A DNA stretch of 64,000 bases, from IMG/VR virus record IMGVR_UViG_3300044835_000075, positions 32,001 through 96,000 of that record. One strand, given 5' to 3'. This document shows positions 1 through 8,919 of this stretch, one piece after another (position 1 is the first letter of the stretch; each line of letters opens with the position of its first letter). This DNA is from a virus. A program made the translations under genes and the position numbers. The notes below the pieces were generated by a model, which was not told where the DNA came from, did no database searches, and was given only the letters and a program-made list of their open reading frames with translations.

Positions 1-729
1 AACGATGTCAACGACGTGCACTACTACTACCCCGCCGGGCAGCGCGATTTCACCTTCTCCCCCGACAAGAGCGCCGACTCGGCGCCGCTGACCTCGACCA
101 CGAGCGACGCGCAGGAAGTCCAGGTGACCGGCACGGTCAAGTTCACCCTGAACACCAGCTGCGCCGACTTCAAGGACTCGACCGGCAAGGACTGGCCGGG
201 TGGCCATTTGCAGATGTTCCACGAGCTGATCGCCAGCAAGTACAACGCCGCGCCGACCGACGGCGGGCAGAACATGAACGACGGCTGGGACACGCTGCTG
301 CGGAACTACCTCGGGGCGGCAGTCGACCGGGCCACGGACAACGAGGCGCTCAAGTACACCTGGGAAGACCTCTACACGAACACCGCGAAAAAGGCCCAGT
401 GGGAGAAGGACGTGCTCGGCCAGCTGCCGAGCATCCTCAAGACCCTGACTCAGGGCGAGGACATGCTCACGATCAACGCGGTGCTCTTGCAGAAGCCCGG
501 GATCTCTCCGGCGTTGCAGTCCGGGCTGACCGACAAGCAGGCTGCCGAGTTGCGCAGTCAGGCCGCCGACGTCGACAAGCAGGCCGCGCAGAGCTTCCCC
601 GGCGGCATCGTGGGCTACCAGGCCTACCAGCAGCAGCAGGCGCTCAACCAGGCCATCAAGGATGGCAAGGTGCCGATCATCCCGGTTCCAATGGGGTCTG
701 GCCTGAACATCCAGGTGCCGAACAAGTAG
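1..729 (+). CDS. SPFH/band-7-like protein (5' partial)
   Basis: Frame open from base 1; resembles actinophage band-7 proteins; Q/A-rich C-terminal helix. Confidence 0.55.
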   Translation, partial: NDVNDVHYYYPAGQRDFTFSPDKSADSAPLTSTTSDAQEVQVTGTVKFTLNTSCADFKDSTGKDWPGGHLQMFHELIASKYNAAPTDGGQNMNDGWDTLLRNYLGAAVDRATDNEALKYTWEDLYTNTAKKAQWEKDVLGQLPSILKTLTQGEDMLTINAVLLQKPGISPALQSGLTDKQAAELRSQAADVDKQAAQSFPGGIVGYQAYQQQQALNQAIKDGKVPIIPVPMGSGLNIQVPNK

Positions 730-744
730 TACCCGAGTGAAGCG

Positions 745-775
745 CGGCCCGGCCGGGAATCTCCTGGTCGGGCCG
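745..775 (+). terminator. GC-rich hairpin, putative terminator
   Basis: CGGCCCGGCCGGGA-ATC-TCCTGGTCGGGCCG just after stop. Confidence 0.55.
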
Positions 776-790
776 TTCTCGGTTCCGAGG

Positions 791-819
791 TTGACTAGCC
801 GCTGCGAGCGTGGTTTACT
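791..819 (+). promoter_or_regulatory. Repeated promoter, class I
   Basis: TTGACT-AGCC-N11-GGTT-TACT; GTTCCCG at +35. Confidence 0.75.
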
Positions 820-848
820 TACGTGGTTCCCGGAGAAAGGGGCACGCG

Positions 849-1043
849 ATGGAAGACGAGTGGACCCGCGACCCGGACGGGAGCTACGTCAACGCCACCA
901 AGTGGCGGATCAAGCTGATCGGCCGCGACTGCTGGCAGATCACCCGGCCCAACGGCTTCCGCGCCGACGCCTACGTCTACCCCACCCTGGCCGCCGCACA
1001 AGCCCGCGTCACCACCGTCTACGCCGTCCAGAACGTCGCCTAG
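849..1043 (+). CDS. hypothetical protein
   Basis: ATG with AAAGGGG RBS downstream of promoter. Confidence 0.65.
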   Translation: MEDEWTRDPDGSYVNATKWRIKLIGRDCWQITRPNGFRADAYVYPTLAAAQARVTTVYAVQNVA

Positions 1044-1056
1044 AAAGGACCACGTC

Positions 1057-1347
1057 GTGAGCAAATCCCTGGCGTACACCAAAAACCGGCACCTCGTGCT
1101 CCGCAAACTCGCCAATGAGGGTGCGACCCTGCAACGCAACGGCGCGCTTGAGCCGAGCTGGCTCGACCGCAAAATGAGCTTCCACAACAAGAACTTCACC
1201 AACACCGCGCACGACCTCGAAGTCGCCGGACTGCTGGTCTTCCCGCAGCGTGCGATGTACGGGCTGAGCCTCGGCAAGCCGAAGCTCTCCGAGGCCGGTT
1301 CGGCGCTGCTGGCGAAGTGGGACGCTGCCCGACCGTTAGTTGACTAG
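1057..1347 (+). CDS. hypothetical protein, winged-helix-like C-terminus
   Basis: AAGGA RBS; LSEAG...LLAKW motif; stop lies inside next promoter. Confidence 0.65.
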   Translation: MSKSLAYTKNRHLVLRKLANEGATLQRNGALEPSWLDRKMSFHNKNFTNTAHDLEVAGLLVFPQRAMYGLSLGKPKLSEAGSALLAKWDAARPLVD

Positions 1348-1368
1348 CCGCGCCCAGCGTGGTTTAAT
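1340..1368 (+). promoter_or_regulatory. Repeated promoter, class I (leaderless)
   Basis: TTGACT-AGCC-N11-GGTT-TAAT; ATG at +35. Confidence 0.75.
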
Positions 1369-1374
1369 TACCGA

Positions 1375-1569
1375 ATGAACTTCTCCCCGCGCCACCGCCG
1401 GTCCCTCTACCGCCTCGCCGCCGTCTCGTTCCTGCTGGCCGCTCTGCTCTGCTTCGCAGGCTGGGTGATCCACGGTCACGACCTGTACAGGCTGGTCGCG
1501 GCCGTCCTGTTCGTCATCAGCGCCCTCGGCACCAACCGGGCCGCCAAGGCCTCGCCCCAGGTCAAGTGA
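1375..1569 (+). CDS. small membrane protein
   Basis: Two hydrophobic stretches; leaderless ATG. Confidence 0.65.
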   Translation: MNFSPRHRRSLYRLAAVSFLLAALLCFAGWVIHGHDLYRLVAAVLFVISALGTNRAAKASPQVK

Positions 1570-1730
1570 GGATCACGCGGCGCCTGCTCTGGCGCCACGC
1601 GACCGTCACCGTCCTCGTGCTCGCCCTCCTGTCCGCGCTCGCCGCGACCGGCGGGCACCCGATCTACGCCGGACTCGCCGTCGCGTTCGGCATCCTCACC
1701 ATCACCTTCGGAAGGAGGGCGTTTCGATGA
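1566..1730 (+). CDS. small membrane protein (54 aa, not in ORF track)
   Basis: GTGA/ATGA overlaps at both ends; MRITRRLLWRHATVTVLVLALL... Confidence 0.55.
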   Translation: MRITRRLLWRHATVTVLVLALLSALAATGGHPIYAGLAVAFGILTITFGRRAFR

Positions 1731-2608
1731 CACTCACCGATGTCGGCATGTACTTCCTCGACAAGAGGGTCGAGCGCCACCGCCTCGTGACCGTGGCCGA
1801 CTCCGCGCCGGTCCGGCTGCGCAGCGGCCGGGGCAAGAGCGAGAAAGTCCACGTCGTCCCCGCCGAAGAGCAGGAAGGCGATACGTGCTCCGCGCTGTGC
1901 GGCGGCAGGACCGAACGCCAGAACTACCCGCCAGTAGTGAAACCGTGGCGCTGGACCAGCGACGACGTCGATTGCGGTGCCTGCCTGAAAGTCATCCGGG
2001 ATGCCGTCGGCCGGGGCAAGATCGCCTTTGCCACCGACGAGATGATGACCACGCGCCGCAAAGAGGCCGTCGACGCGATGTACGCCCGCCTGCGAGAGAT
2101 CTCGCCGGTCGTCCCCAGCGACATGCTGGGCCGCCTCGCAGCATCTCGGCGCCCCGCTCGCGTCGGCACTTCCGGCGCGACGTGCGTCCATCTGGTCGAG
2201 CACGCCGAATGTGGCCGGTCGGCGTGCGGGGTGCGGCCGGATCGCGGCGGAAACCAGTGGCGATGGACTGATGAGGGCCTGTCGTGCGCGAACTGCCTGT
2301 ACTTCCTGGTCGCCGACCTGTCCGACAAGGCTCGCCGCGCCGCCCTGGTCCGTACTCGTGGGGTGATCCCGTCCGGTACCGGCGGTTCGTTCGCCGCGAA
2401 CGGCGCCAGTGAGGCAGCCGGTGACGCCTGGTATGCCGCCGGGTGTCCGTCGGTGGCGTCGATGGCGCTGGAAGAGCTGAAGCCCCGGGAGCACTACCCG
2501 CAATGCGTGCTCGACGGCAACCCGTACCGGCTCGATCTGGCCACCGCGCGGTGCTCTTGCTATGACGATGACGAGCAGGACGAGGTCGACACCGACGTCG
2601 AACCGTGA
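1727..2608 (+). CDS. Cys-rich hypothetical protein with repeated Zn-binding modules
   Basis: GGAGG RBS; two H...CG...WRWT...CxxC repeats. Confidence 0.65.
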   Translation: MTLTDVGMYFLDKRVERHRLVTVADSAPVRLRSGRGKSEKVHVVPAEEQEGDTCSALCGGRTERQNYPPVVKPWRWTSDDVDCGACLKVIRDAVGRGKIAFATDEMMTTRRKEAVDAMYARLREISPVVPSDMLGRLAASRRPARVGTSGATCVHLVEHAECGRSACGVRPDRGGNQWRWTDEGLSCANCLYFLVADLSDKARRAALVRTRGVIPSGTGGSFAANGASEAAGDAWYAAGCPSVASMALEELKPREHYPQCVLDGNPYRLDLATARCSCYDDDEQDEVDTDVEP

Positions 2609-2637
2609 TTGACAATCCGCCCTCACAATGGTTAGAT
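2609..2637 (+). promoter_or_regulatory. Repeated promoter, class I (variant)
   Basis: TTGACA-ATCC-N11-GGTT-AGAT directly after stop codon. Confidence 0.6.
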
Positions 2638-2705
2638 AACCGGCGAACCCCCTGTTTCTCCGCCGCGTTCGCGGCCGGAGTTTCCCCGAAAAAAGGACAC
2701 CCGCA

Positions 2706-3434
2706 ATGCGCCCTGTTCGCCTGATCGCGGCCACCCTGGCCGCCTTCCTCCTCGCGGTCCTCGCGCTGGCGCTCCCCGCCACCGCGACGGCCGCCACCGC
2801 GCCGGTCTGCTCGCCGACCGCCGTCGTGGCCACCTTCCACACCGCCGTCTCCGCCGACCAGGACAGCGGCAACCACGGCGATTGGGCCGTCGACGCGTTC
2901 GTCCGCACCACCGAGATCTACAACCTCTGCGACGGCACCTACCGCGTCAACGTCTCCGACTCCGGCGCCTTCACCACCAAAGCCGGTGCCCTGTCGCCGA
3001 CCGCCGGTCTCCCGCTGCCCTCGACCCCGGTCGTCGGCAAGTTCGCGGGCACCGACACGTTCCTCGTCACCAGCGAAACCGCACCCGTCCTCACCGCACC
3101 GGCCGCCGTCGTCGGCAGCCCGAGCACCTCGACGTGGCCGAGCCGGTTCTTCGCCGGTAACAACGGTGTCGGTGGCGCGTGGGGCTGGACGTACACCACC
3201 GCGTGCGAGAAGTGGGTCAACGCTGCCAGCGGGAACACCGGTGACATCACCGGCAAGGTCTGCCCGACCAAGCCCGCGCCGCCGACCAGCACCACCCCGG
3301 CGCCGCCGACGACCGTGACGAAGCCCGCCCCGGCGCCGGTGACGAAGGTCGTCACCGTCACCAACCCGGGTCAGTTCGCCACGGTCCCGAACGTCGCCAA
3401 GGGCGTCGACACCGGTGACGGCTCGCTCGCATGA
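2706..3434 (+). CDS. secreted protein, putative class F sortase substrate
   Basis: Signal peptide, P/T-rich linker, C-terminal VPNVAKGVDTGDG; overlaps sortase gene. Confidence 0.7.
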   Translation: MRPVRLIAATLAAFLLAVLALALPATATAATAPVCSPTAVVATFHTAVSADQDSGNHGDWAVDAFVRTTEIYNLCDGTYRVNVSDSGAFTTKAGALSPTAGLPLPSTPVVGKFAGTDTFLVTSETAPVLTAPAAVVGSPSTSTWPSRFFAGNNGVGGAWGWTYTTACEKWVNAASGNTGDITGKVCPTKPAPPTSTTPAPPTTVTKPAPAPVTKVVTVTNPGQFATVPNVAKGVDTGDGSLA

Positions 3435-4030
3435 GTAAGCGGCTGATCGCCCTCATCGCGGTCGGCCTGGTAACCCTGGTCGGGTGCGGCACCACTGCCG
3501 CGCCCGACCGGGCCCCGGTGCCCGACCAGGCTGCGCCCGTCGCCGCTCCCGCCACTCCCGCAGTCACACCCGCGTACACCGTGGACGTGCCGCCGTCGCA
3601 CCTGTCGATCCCGAGCATCGGGGCCGAGTCGAGTTTCGTGCCGGTTGGCACGAACGCCGACGGCAGTCTCGCGGTCCCGTCGGTGCACACCCCGAAGCAA
3701 GCGGCGTGGTTCGAGCCGGGCCCTGAGCCCGGCCAGAACGGCCCGGCCGTGATCGTCGGACACATCGACGGCGACCACATCGAAGGCGTCTTCTGGAAGC
3801 TCAAGGACGTGAAGGACGGCGACGCGGTGAACGTCACCCGCGCCGACGGCAAGGCGCTGCACTTCGTGGTCTACCGCACTGAGCTGGTTGCGAAGGACGC
3901 CTTCCCGGCGTCCGACGTGTTCGGCTACGCGGCCGACCCTGAGTTGCGGTTGATCACGTGCGGCGGGTCGTTCGACGCGGCCGCGCATTCGTATCGTGGG
4001 AACACGATCGTCTTCGCGAAGCTCGTCTAG
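3431..4030 (+). CDS. class F sortase (lipoprotein)
   Basis: LVGC lipobox; PG..GPAVIVGH, LRLITCGG and F..L..GD motifs. Confidence 0.9.
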   Translation: MSKRLIALIAVGLVTLVGCGTTAAPDRAPVPDQAAPVAAPATPAVTPAYTVDVPPSHLSIPSIGAESSFVPVGTNADGSLAVPSVHTPKQAAWFEPGPEPGQNGPAVIVGHIDGDHIEGVFWKLKDVKDGDAVNVTRADGKALHFVVYRTELVAKDAFPASDVFGYAADPELRLITCGGSFDAAAHSYRGNTIVFAKLV

Positions 4031-4040
4031 CGTCTGCGCT

Positions 4041-4074
4041 AGAAAGCCCCTGACCTGCTGGTCGGGGGCTTTCT
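4041..4074 (+). terminator. intrinsic terminator
   Basis: AGAAAGCCCC...GGGGCTTTCT inverted repeat. Confidence 0.7.
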
Positions 4075-4086
4075 CCGGTCCCGGGG

Positions 4087-4115
4087 TTGACAAGCCGGGC
4101 CGAGAGTGGTTAGCT
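4087..4115 (+). promoter_or_regulatory. Repeated promoter, class I (leaderless)
   Basis: TTGACA-AGCC-N11-GGTT-AGCT; ATG at +35 (4122). Confidence 0.75.
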
Positions 4116-4121
4116 ATCTAC

Positions 4122-4538
4122 ATGCGCAACAACGTCCAGCTCAAGCGCCAGCCCACCGGCTGCCCCGTGTGCGGTCACACCGAGCACCACCGCACCAAGA
4201 CCGGCAAATGGGCCTCCTACAACCCCGGCATCGACGTCCTCACCGGAGTCGTCGCCACCTACACGAAATGCCCCGCATCCGGGCTGAACGACGCTGGCGT
4301 CGACGAACTCTTCCGCACCTTCGAGTCCTGGGACAACCCCGGCTCCGCCACCGGCGAGACCTACCACGAACAGCTGATCGTCAAGGACAACGCCGACTCG
4401 ATCGTCCTGGCCACTGAGCTGCGACTCGGCCGGAACCTGCCCACGACGACCCTTGAGGTCCGCATCGCCCCGAAAGACGTCCCCCGGCTGCTCGCCGAGC
4501 TGACCGCCATCGCCCAAGAACGAGGCCTGATCGCATGA
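4122..4538 (+). CDS. Zn-ribbon hypothetical protein (paralog of next gene)
   Basis: TGCPVC...CPASG...LFRTF; leaderless start. Confidence 0.7.
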   Translation: MRNNVQLKRQPTGCPVCGHTEHHRTKTGKWASYNPGIDVLTGVVATYTKCPASGLNDAGVDELFRTFESWDNPGSATGETYHEQLIVKDNADSIVLATELRLGRNLPTTTLEVRIAPKDVPRLLAELTAIAQERGLIA

Positions 4539-4960
4539 CAACGAAGCCGCTCACGCGCCACTTCACCGGCTGCCCGGTCTGCGCGCTCCACATCCCGCTC
4601 ACCAAATCCAGCCGGTGGCCGAAGCACTTCCTCGGACACGGCACCGACGTCCACGTCCGGCAGAAATGGGGCAACGTCTGCCCCGCGTCCGGCAAGACCG
4701 ACACCGAAGTCGACGACCTGCTGCGCACCTTCGACAGCTGCGACGACCTGAGCACCGGCATCAAGGGCGAGAGCTACCAGCGCACCGTGACAATCCACGA
4801 CACCGGCGACGAACTCACCCTCGTGTCGTCGATGTTCATCGGAAGCATCGACGTCGGCGGTCAACTCGTATCCCGCGTGGCCGTGCGCATCGACGCGCAA
4901 GACACCTACCGCCTGATCTCGGAACTGACCCGCGTTGCGGAAAAGAGGGGCCTGCTATGA
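4535..4960 (+). CDS. Zn-ribbon hypothetical protein (paralog of previous gene)
   Basis: TGCPVC...CPASG...LLRTF; ATGA overlap. Confidence 0.7.
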   Translation: MTTKPLTRHFTGCPVCALHIPLTKSSRWPKHFLGHGTDVHVRQKWGNVCPASGKTDTEVDDLLRTFDSCDDLSTGIKGESYQRTVTIHDTGDELTLVSSMFIGSIDVGGQLVSRVAVRIDAQDTYRLISELTRVAEKRGLL

Positions 4961-5526
4961 CCCGCCAGACCACCCGCCCACTGCGCGAGTACAGCATGAA
5001 CGTGCTCGCCGGAGTCCCCTACGAGATCGTCAACTCGATGCGCGAGTTCCTCATCCTCGACCCGCCCTACCAGCGCGGCACCGTGTGGACCGAAGACCAG
5101 CGCATCGCCCTGGTCAAGTCGTGGCTGATGGGCACGCCGATCCAGGCCGTCATCATGAACGACCGGCGGCGGCAGGCGTGGACCGGCGAGGCGCCGGGAC
5201 TCGACCACATCGCCGTCATCGACGGCAAGCAGCGGATCGAGACCGCCATCGCCTGGTTCGACGGCCAGCTCGCCGTACCGGCATCCTGGTTCGACGCCGA
5301 ATGGTATGAGTCCACCGTGGACACCGACGACGGCCCATACCTGACGTACGACAACCTCACCCCGGCGGGCAAGCGGTTCTGCAAGTTCCAGTGGAAGCTG
5401 CCCCGCATCGAAACCGAGCTGGGCACGGAAGCCGACGAGGCCGAGCTGTACCTGCTCGTCAACGGCGGCGGCACCGCACAGACAGCGGCCGACATGGCGA
5501 ACGCGGCAAGGGTGGCAGGACGATGA
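4957..5526 (+). CDS. DUF262 (ParB/Srx-fold, GmrS-like) domain protein
   Basis: PPYQRGTVW...LVKSW..G.PI...VIDGKQR motifs. Confidence 0.85.
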   Translation: MTRQTTRPLREYSMNVLAGVPYEIVNSMREFLILDPPYQRGTVWTEDQRIALVKSWLMGTPIQAVIMNDRRRQAWTGEAPGLDHIAVIDGKQRIETAIAWFDGQLAVPASWFDAEWYESTVDTDDGPYLTYDNLTPAGKRFCKFQWKLPRIETELGTEADEAELYLLVNGGGTAQTAADMANAARVAGR

Positions 5527-5951
5527 CCGAACCGATGCGCCTTGTCGAGATCTGCTCCGCCGACGGCGACGCACTGGACTACCCGAGCATCCACCTGCTT
5601 CGCCTGCCCGCCGTGCCGCGCGTCGGCGACGACGTCGTCGTCAAGGGCGCGACGCGACGGGTAACCCGCGTTCTGCTGGGCAATTCGGGCATCGGGGTCG
5701 GGATACAGGCCTGGACAGAGTCGTTACCGGCTCGGCAGGCGTGCCCGAACTGCGGTTCGCAGGACCTGACGTGGTCGGCGTTCGTGAAGTCCACGGCGCC
5801 GGTCGCGGTCAACCGGCTCAACACCGGTGACGTGTCCGCCCAGTTCGCGCTGGGCTGCGAGGAGTGCTCGGAGACCGTCAAGATCGTGTCCGCCCAGGCG
5901 GTCGCGGCGGTGCTCAACGAGCAGGGGATCGACGTCTCGGAGGTGGAGTAG
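5523..5951 (+). CDS. hypothetical protein with Zn ribbon
   Basis: CPNC...CEEC; ATGA overlap. Confidence 0.6.
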   Translation: MTEPMRLVEICSADGDALDYPSIHLLRLPAVPRVGDDVVVKGATRRVTRVLLGNSGIGVGIQAWTESLPARQACPNCGSQDLTWSAFVKSTAPVAVNRLNTGDVSAQFALGCEECSETVKIVSAQAVAAVLNEQGIDVSEVE

Positions 5952-6548
5952 ATGGCCGACTCGCATGACCTGTTCACCGTTAACGGCACCCGGTTCGCTT
6001 TCCCGAAACTGCCTGAGCCGCTGGAGGACTACGGACCGGCCGCCTACAAGATGCGCGACAGGCGGGACAGATTGCTCGCCGAGGCGCGTACGACACGATT
6101 CGTGAAACCCCGCGAGGTGCGGCCGCTGCCCTGCCCGAAGCCGGGCATCGGCGACTTCGCCCCGAAGCCGGGAGCGCCGGGCGCCGCGATCGAGCTGGAC
6201 GACGGCACGGTCGGGGAGGTCTGGGCGCTGGCTCCGAAAGGGCGCCGGTGGGTGGTGCGTGGCGGCGAGTACGTCGAGATCACCCCGAGCGGCCGGGTGC
6301 TGATGACGCACACCGGCGAGGGGCAGCGGCAGGCGATCGTCGCGGAGTTGCAGCGGCGCTACATCAACGCCGTGATGCGGCAGGTCATGCCGGTCACCCC
6401 GCCGATGCCATGGCGGACCGATGAGATGGCCGCATGGTTGGCGGCCACCGAACCGGCGCGCCGCTGGGCGTGTGCGTACTTGGCGAACAAGCTGTACCCG
6501 GCGGTGTATCCGCACCCCGGTGACTTCGAGCTCAAGGAAGCCTCATGA
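5952..6548 (+). CDS. hypothetical protein
   Basis: GGAG RBS; abuts neighbours. Confidence 0.6.
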   Translation: MADSHDLFTVNGTRFAFPKLPEPLEDYGPAAYKMRDRRDRLLAEARTTRFVKPREVRPLPCPKPGIGDFAPKPGAPGAAIELDDGTVGEVWALAPKGRRWVVRGGEYVEITPSGRVLMTHTGEGQRQAIVAELQRRYINAVMRQVMPVTPPMPWRTDEMAAWLAATEPARRWACAYLANKLYPAVYPHPGDFELKEAS

Positions 6549-6808
6549 TCAGCGAACGGACGTTGCTGTTGACGTTGCAGACGATGCCGACAGTGTTTCC
6601 CGAGGCGCCTGCCGGTGACGTCCGCGACCACGTCGAGCACCGCGCGAAGGACCAGGTGCATCTGTGCGTGCGGTGCGGCCGCCGGTCGCAGTGCGCGCAG
6701 GTGGCCGGGACGGCGGCGGGGCCGCGCTGGCTCGACCTGTGCGCCAGCTGCAAGAACGACTTCCTGGCCTACCTGGCCACCCAGGAGCAGCCGAGCGTGT
6801 GGGAATGA
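6545..6808 (+). CDS. Zn-finger hypothetical protein
   Basis: CVRC...CASC; ATGA overlap. Confidence 0.6.
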   Translation: MISERTLLLTLQTMPTVFPEAPAGDVRDHVEHRAKDQVHLCVRCGRRSQCAQVAGTAAGPRWLDLCASCKNDFLAYLATQEQPSVWE

Positions 6809-6966
6809 GCGGCGACGCGGTGGAGTTCGTCGATGACGACGGCATGGCCGGGTGGTTCCAGATCTTGACCGGCGCCGCCCGGCAGGGTGCCGACAGTGTC
6901 CGGGGGCCGGACGGGGTGCGCGGTCCGGCTGGTGACCAGCGGCCGGACGGGGTGCGCGGAGACTAG
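6805..6966 (+). CDS. small hypothetical protein
   Basis: ATGA overlap; contains 19-bp direct repeat (6905, 6941); stop abuts promoter. Confidence 0.4.
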   Translation: MSGDAVEFVDDDGMAGWFQILTGAARQGADSVRGPDGVRGPAGDQRPDGVRGD

Positions 6967-6995
6967 TTGACAAGCCGCTGCCAGCGTGGTTGACT
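6967..6995 (+). promoter_or_regulatory. Repeated promoter, class I
   Basis: TTGACA-AGCC-N11-GGTT-GACT; GTTCCG at +35. Confidence 0.75.
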
Positions 6996-7033
6996 AATGG
7001 TGTTCCGCCCGAAGAGCACCGAGAGGACACCAC

Positions 7034-8443
7034 ATGCGCCGCACCGCTGAGCAGCAGGCCGTCGTCGACGCCCGCATCGCCAACCACGCCAACCTGATCG
7101 TCGAGGCCGGAGCAGGAAGCGGCAAGACCACCACTCTCAAAGAGGCCGCGAACGCCAGCCCCAACGCCAAAGGCCTCTACATCGCGTTCAACAAGTCCAC
7201 CCAGGTCGAGGCCGCCGCGTCGTTCCCGAAGACCGTCCAGTGCCGCACCGGCCACTCGCTGGCCTACGCCACCCACGGCCGCCTCTACCGCGAGAAAATG
7301 GACTTCGCGCCGCAGAGCTACGAGACCACGGCGAACATCCTGCGCCTGCGGCCGCTCGACCTGGGCCGCGACGAGGATATCCAGCCGGACATGCTGGCCC
7401 GCCTCGCGCAGACCACCGTCCAGCGCTACGCCCGCTCCGCCGACCCCGTCATCGGCCGCGAACACGCCGCCTACCACCCGGCCCTGCGCACCGACGACGA
7501 GAAGGACGAGATCGTCCGCATCGCCAACCTGATGTGGGCCGACCTCACCGCCGTCGGCAAGGGCAAGCTCCGCTTCGCCCACGACTACTACCGCAAGCTC
7601 TGGGCGCTCACCGAGCCGAAGCTGCGCGTCGACTACGTCATGCTCGACGAGGCGCAGGACACCGCGCCGGTCCTCGCGCACGTAGTGCGCAGCCAGATCC
7701 ACGCGCAGCAGATCGCCGTCGGCGACTCCGCCCAGCAGATCTATCGGTGGGCCGGTGCCGTCGACGCCCTGAAGAACTGGGGTGATGACGCGGAGCGGCT
7801 GTTCCTCACCAAGTCGTGGCGCTTCGGCCCGGCCGTCGCCGACGAGGCGAACAAGTGGCTGGCGCAGCTGGACACCGAGATGCGGATCACCGGCAACGAG
7901 GCGCTCCCCACGGTGCTGGGCGACGTCGACGAGCCGGACGCGATCCTGTGCCGGACGAACATGGGCGCGTTCTCCGACGTGCTCTCGCAGCTGGCGCAAG
8001 GCCGCCGGGTCGCGCTCAAAGGCGGCGGCAAGGCGATGATGATGCTCGCCAAAGGCGCGCAAGACCTCATCGACGGCCGCCGGACCACGATCACCGAGCT
8101 GTCGACATTCCGCTCGTGGGGCGAGGTTCAGGCCTACGCGGAGGGCGACGGCGCGGAGGCCTCGATCAAGCAGATCGTGCGGCTGGTCAACGACTTCGGC
8201 GCGGCGGCGATTGGCGAGACGATGCGCCGCCTGGTCGACGAGCGCGACGCGGACGTCGTCGTCTCGACAGCCCACAAGGCGAAGGGCGGCGAGTGGGCGA
8301 AAGTCCGTGTCGGCAACGACTTCCCGACCCCCGATGAGGGGCAGGCCATCCCGACCGAGGACGCGAACCTGGCGTACGTGTCGGTGACGCGGGCGATGCT
8401 GGAGCTGGAGCGGGGGCCGCTGAGCTACATCGACGAGTACTGA
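7034..8443 (+). CDS. UvrD/REP-family SF1 helicase
   Basis: AGAGSGKT, DEAQD, VGDSAQQIY, HKAKGGEW, YVSVTRA motifs. Confidence 0.92.
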   Translation: MRRTAEQQAVVDARIANHANLIVEAGAGSGKTTTLKEAANASPNAKGLYIAFNKSTQVEAAASFPKTVQCRTGHSLAYATHGRLYREKMDFAPQSYETTANILRLRPLDLGRDEDIQPDMLARLAQTTVQRYARSADPVIGREHAAYHPALRTDDEKDEIVRIANLMWADLTAVGKGKLRFAHDYYRKLWALTEPKLRVDYVMLDEAQDTAPVLAHVVRSQIHAQQIAVGDSAQQIYRWAGAVDALKNWGDDAERLFLTKSWRFGPAVADEANKWLAQLDTEMRITGNEALPTVLGDVDEPDAILCRTNMGAFSDVLSQLAQGRRVALKGGGKAMMMLAKGAQDLIDGRRTTITELSTFRSWGEVQAYAEGDGAEASIKQIVRLVNDFGAAAIGETMRRLVDERDADVVVSTAHKAKGGEWAKVRVGNDFPTPDEGQAIPTEDANLAYVSVTRAMLELERGPLSYIDEY

Positions 8444-8453
8444 GAGGACAGTC

Positions 8454-8480
8454 GCCCCCGCCGGATGCACCGGCGGGGGC
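8454..8480 (+). terminator. hairpin terminator (shared stem family)
   Basis: GCCCCCGCCGG-N5-CCGGCGGGGGC. Confidence 0.6.
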
Positions 8481-8486
8481 TCACTC

Positions 8487-8870
8487 GTGGAAAGGGTTGC
8501 TGTGGAACGAAATGAGACGTTCGACATCCTGGCCGGGCAGGTCGGGCGGGACGTGAAACTGACGGATGCGCTGGGTGCGACGATGCGCGGCGTGCTGCTG
8601 TACGTGTCGGCGCCAGGCTGGGATGGCCGGGTTGGTGCCTCGATCGAGGGTCCGCAGGTGGAGGTGATGTTCGGCGCGTCGGTGGCGGGTTCGGCTGGCC
8701 GCCGGTCGGGGCCGGTGGCTGACGCGGTGTCGGCCAGCGATTGGCGGATGACGCTGAGCACCGACGGCGGCGAGTTCGAGGATGTGGAGGGGTTGCAGGG
8801 GTCGTCGAACCACGGGCGGACGTGGTTCTCCGTGGCGGTCCCTCCGCAGATAGTTGACAAGCCGCTCTGA
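8487..8870 (+). CDS. hypothetical protein
   Basis: Fills the gap; G-rich codons; runs into next promoter; start uncertain. Confidence 0.45.
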   Translation: MERVAVERNETFDILAGQVGRDVKLTDALGATMRGVLLYVSAPGWDGRVGASIEGPQVEVMFGASVAGSAGRRSGPVADAVSASDWRMTLSTDGGEFEDVEGLQGSSNHGRTWFSVAVPPQIVDKPL

Positions 8871-8882
8871 GCGTGGTTGACT
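8854..8882 (+). promoter_or_regulatory. Repeated promoter, class I
   Basis: TTGACA-AGCC-N11-GGTT-GACT; GTTTCG at +35. Confidence 0.75.
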
Positions 8883-8919
8883 AACGGTGTTTCGCACGAG
8901 AGACACCGAGGAGAACCCC

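Noticed and set aside
6359-8860. Long antisense and alternate-frame ORFs (6359-8860, 25143-27053, 37606-39708, 52046-53488 and others)
   Set aside because: High-GC shadow frames overlapping motif-supported genes; R/G/P-rich, with no RBS
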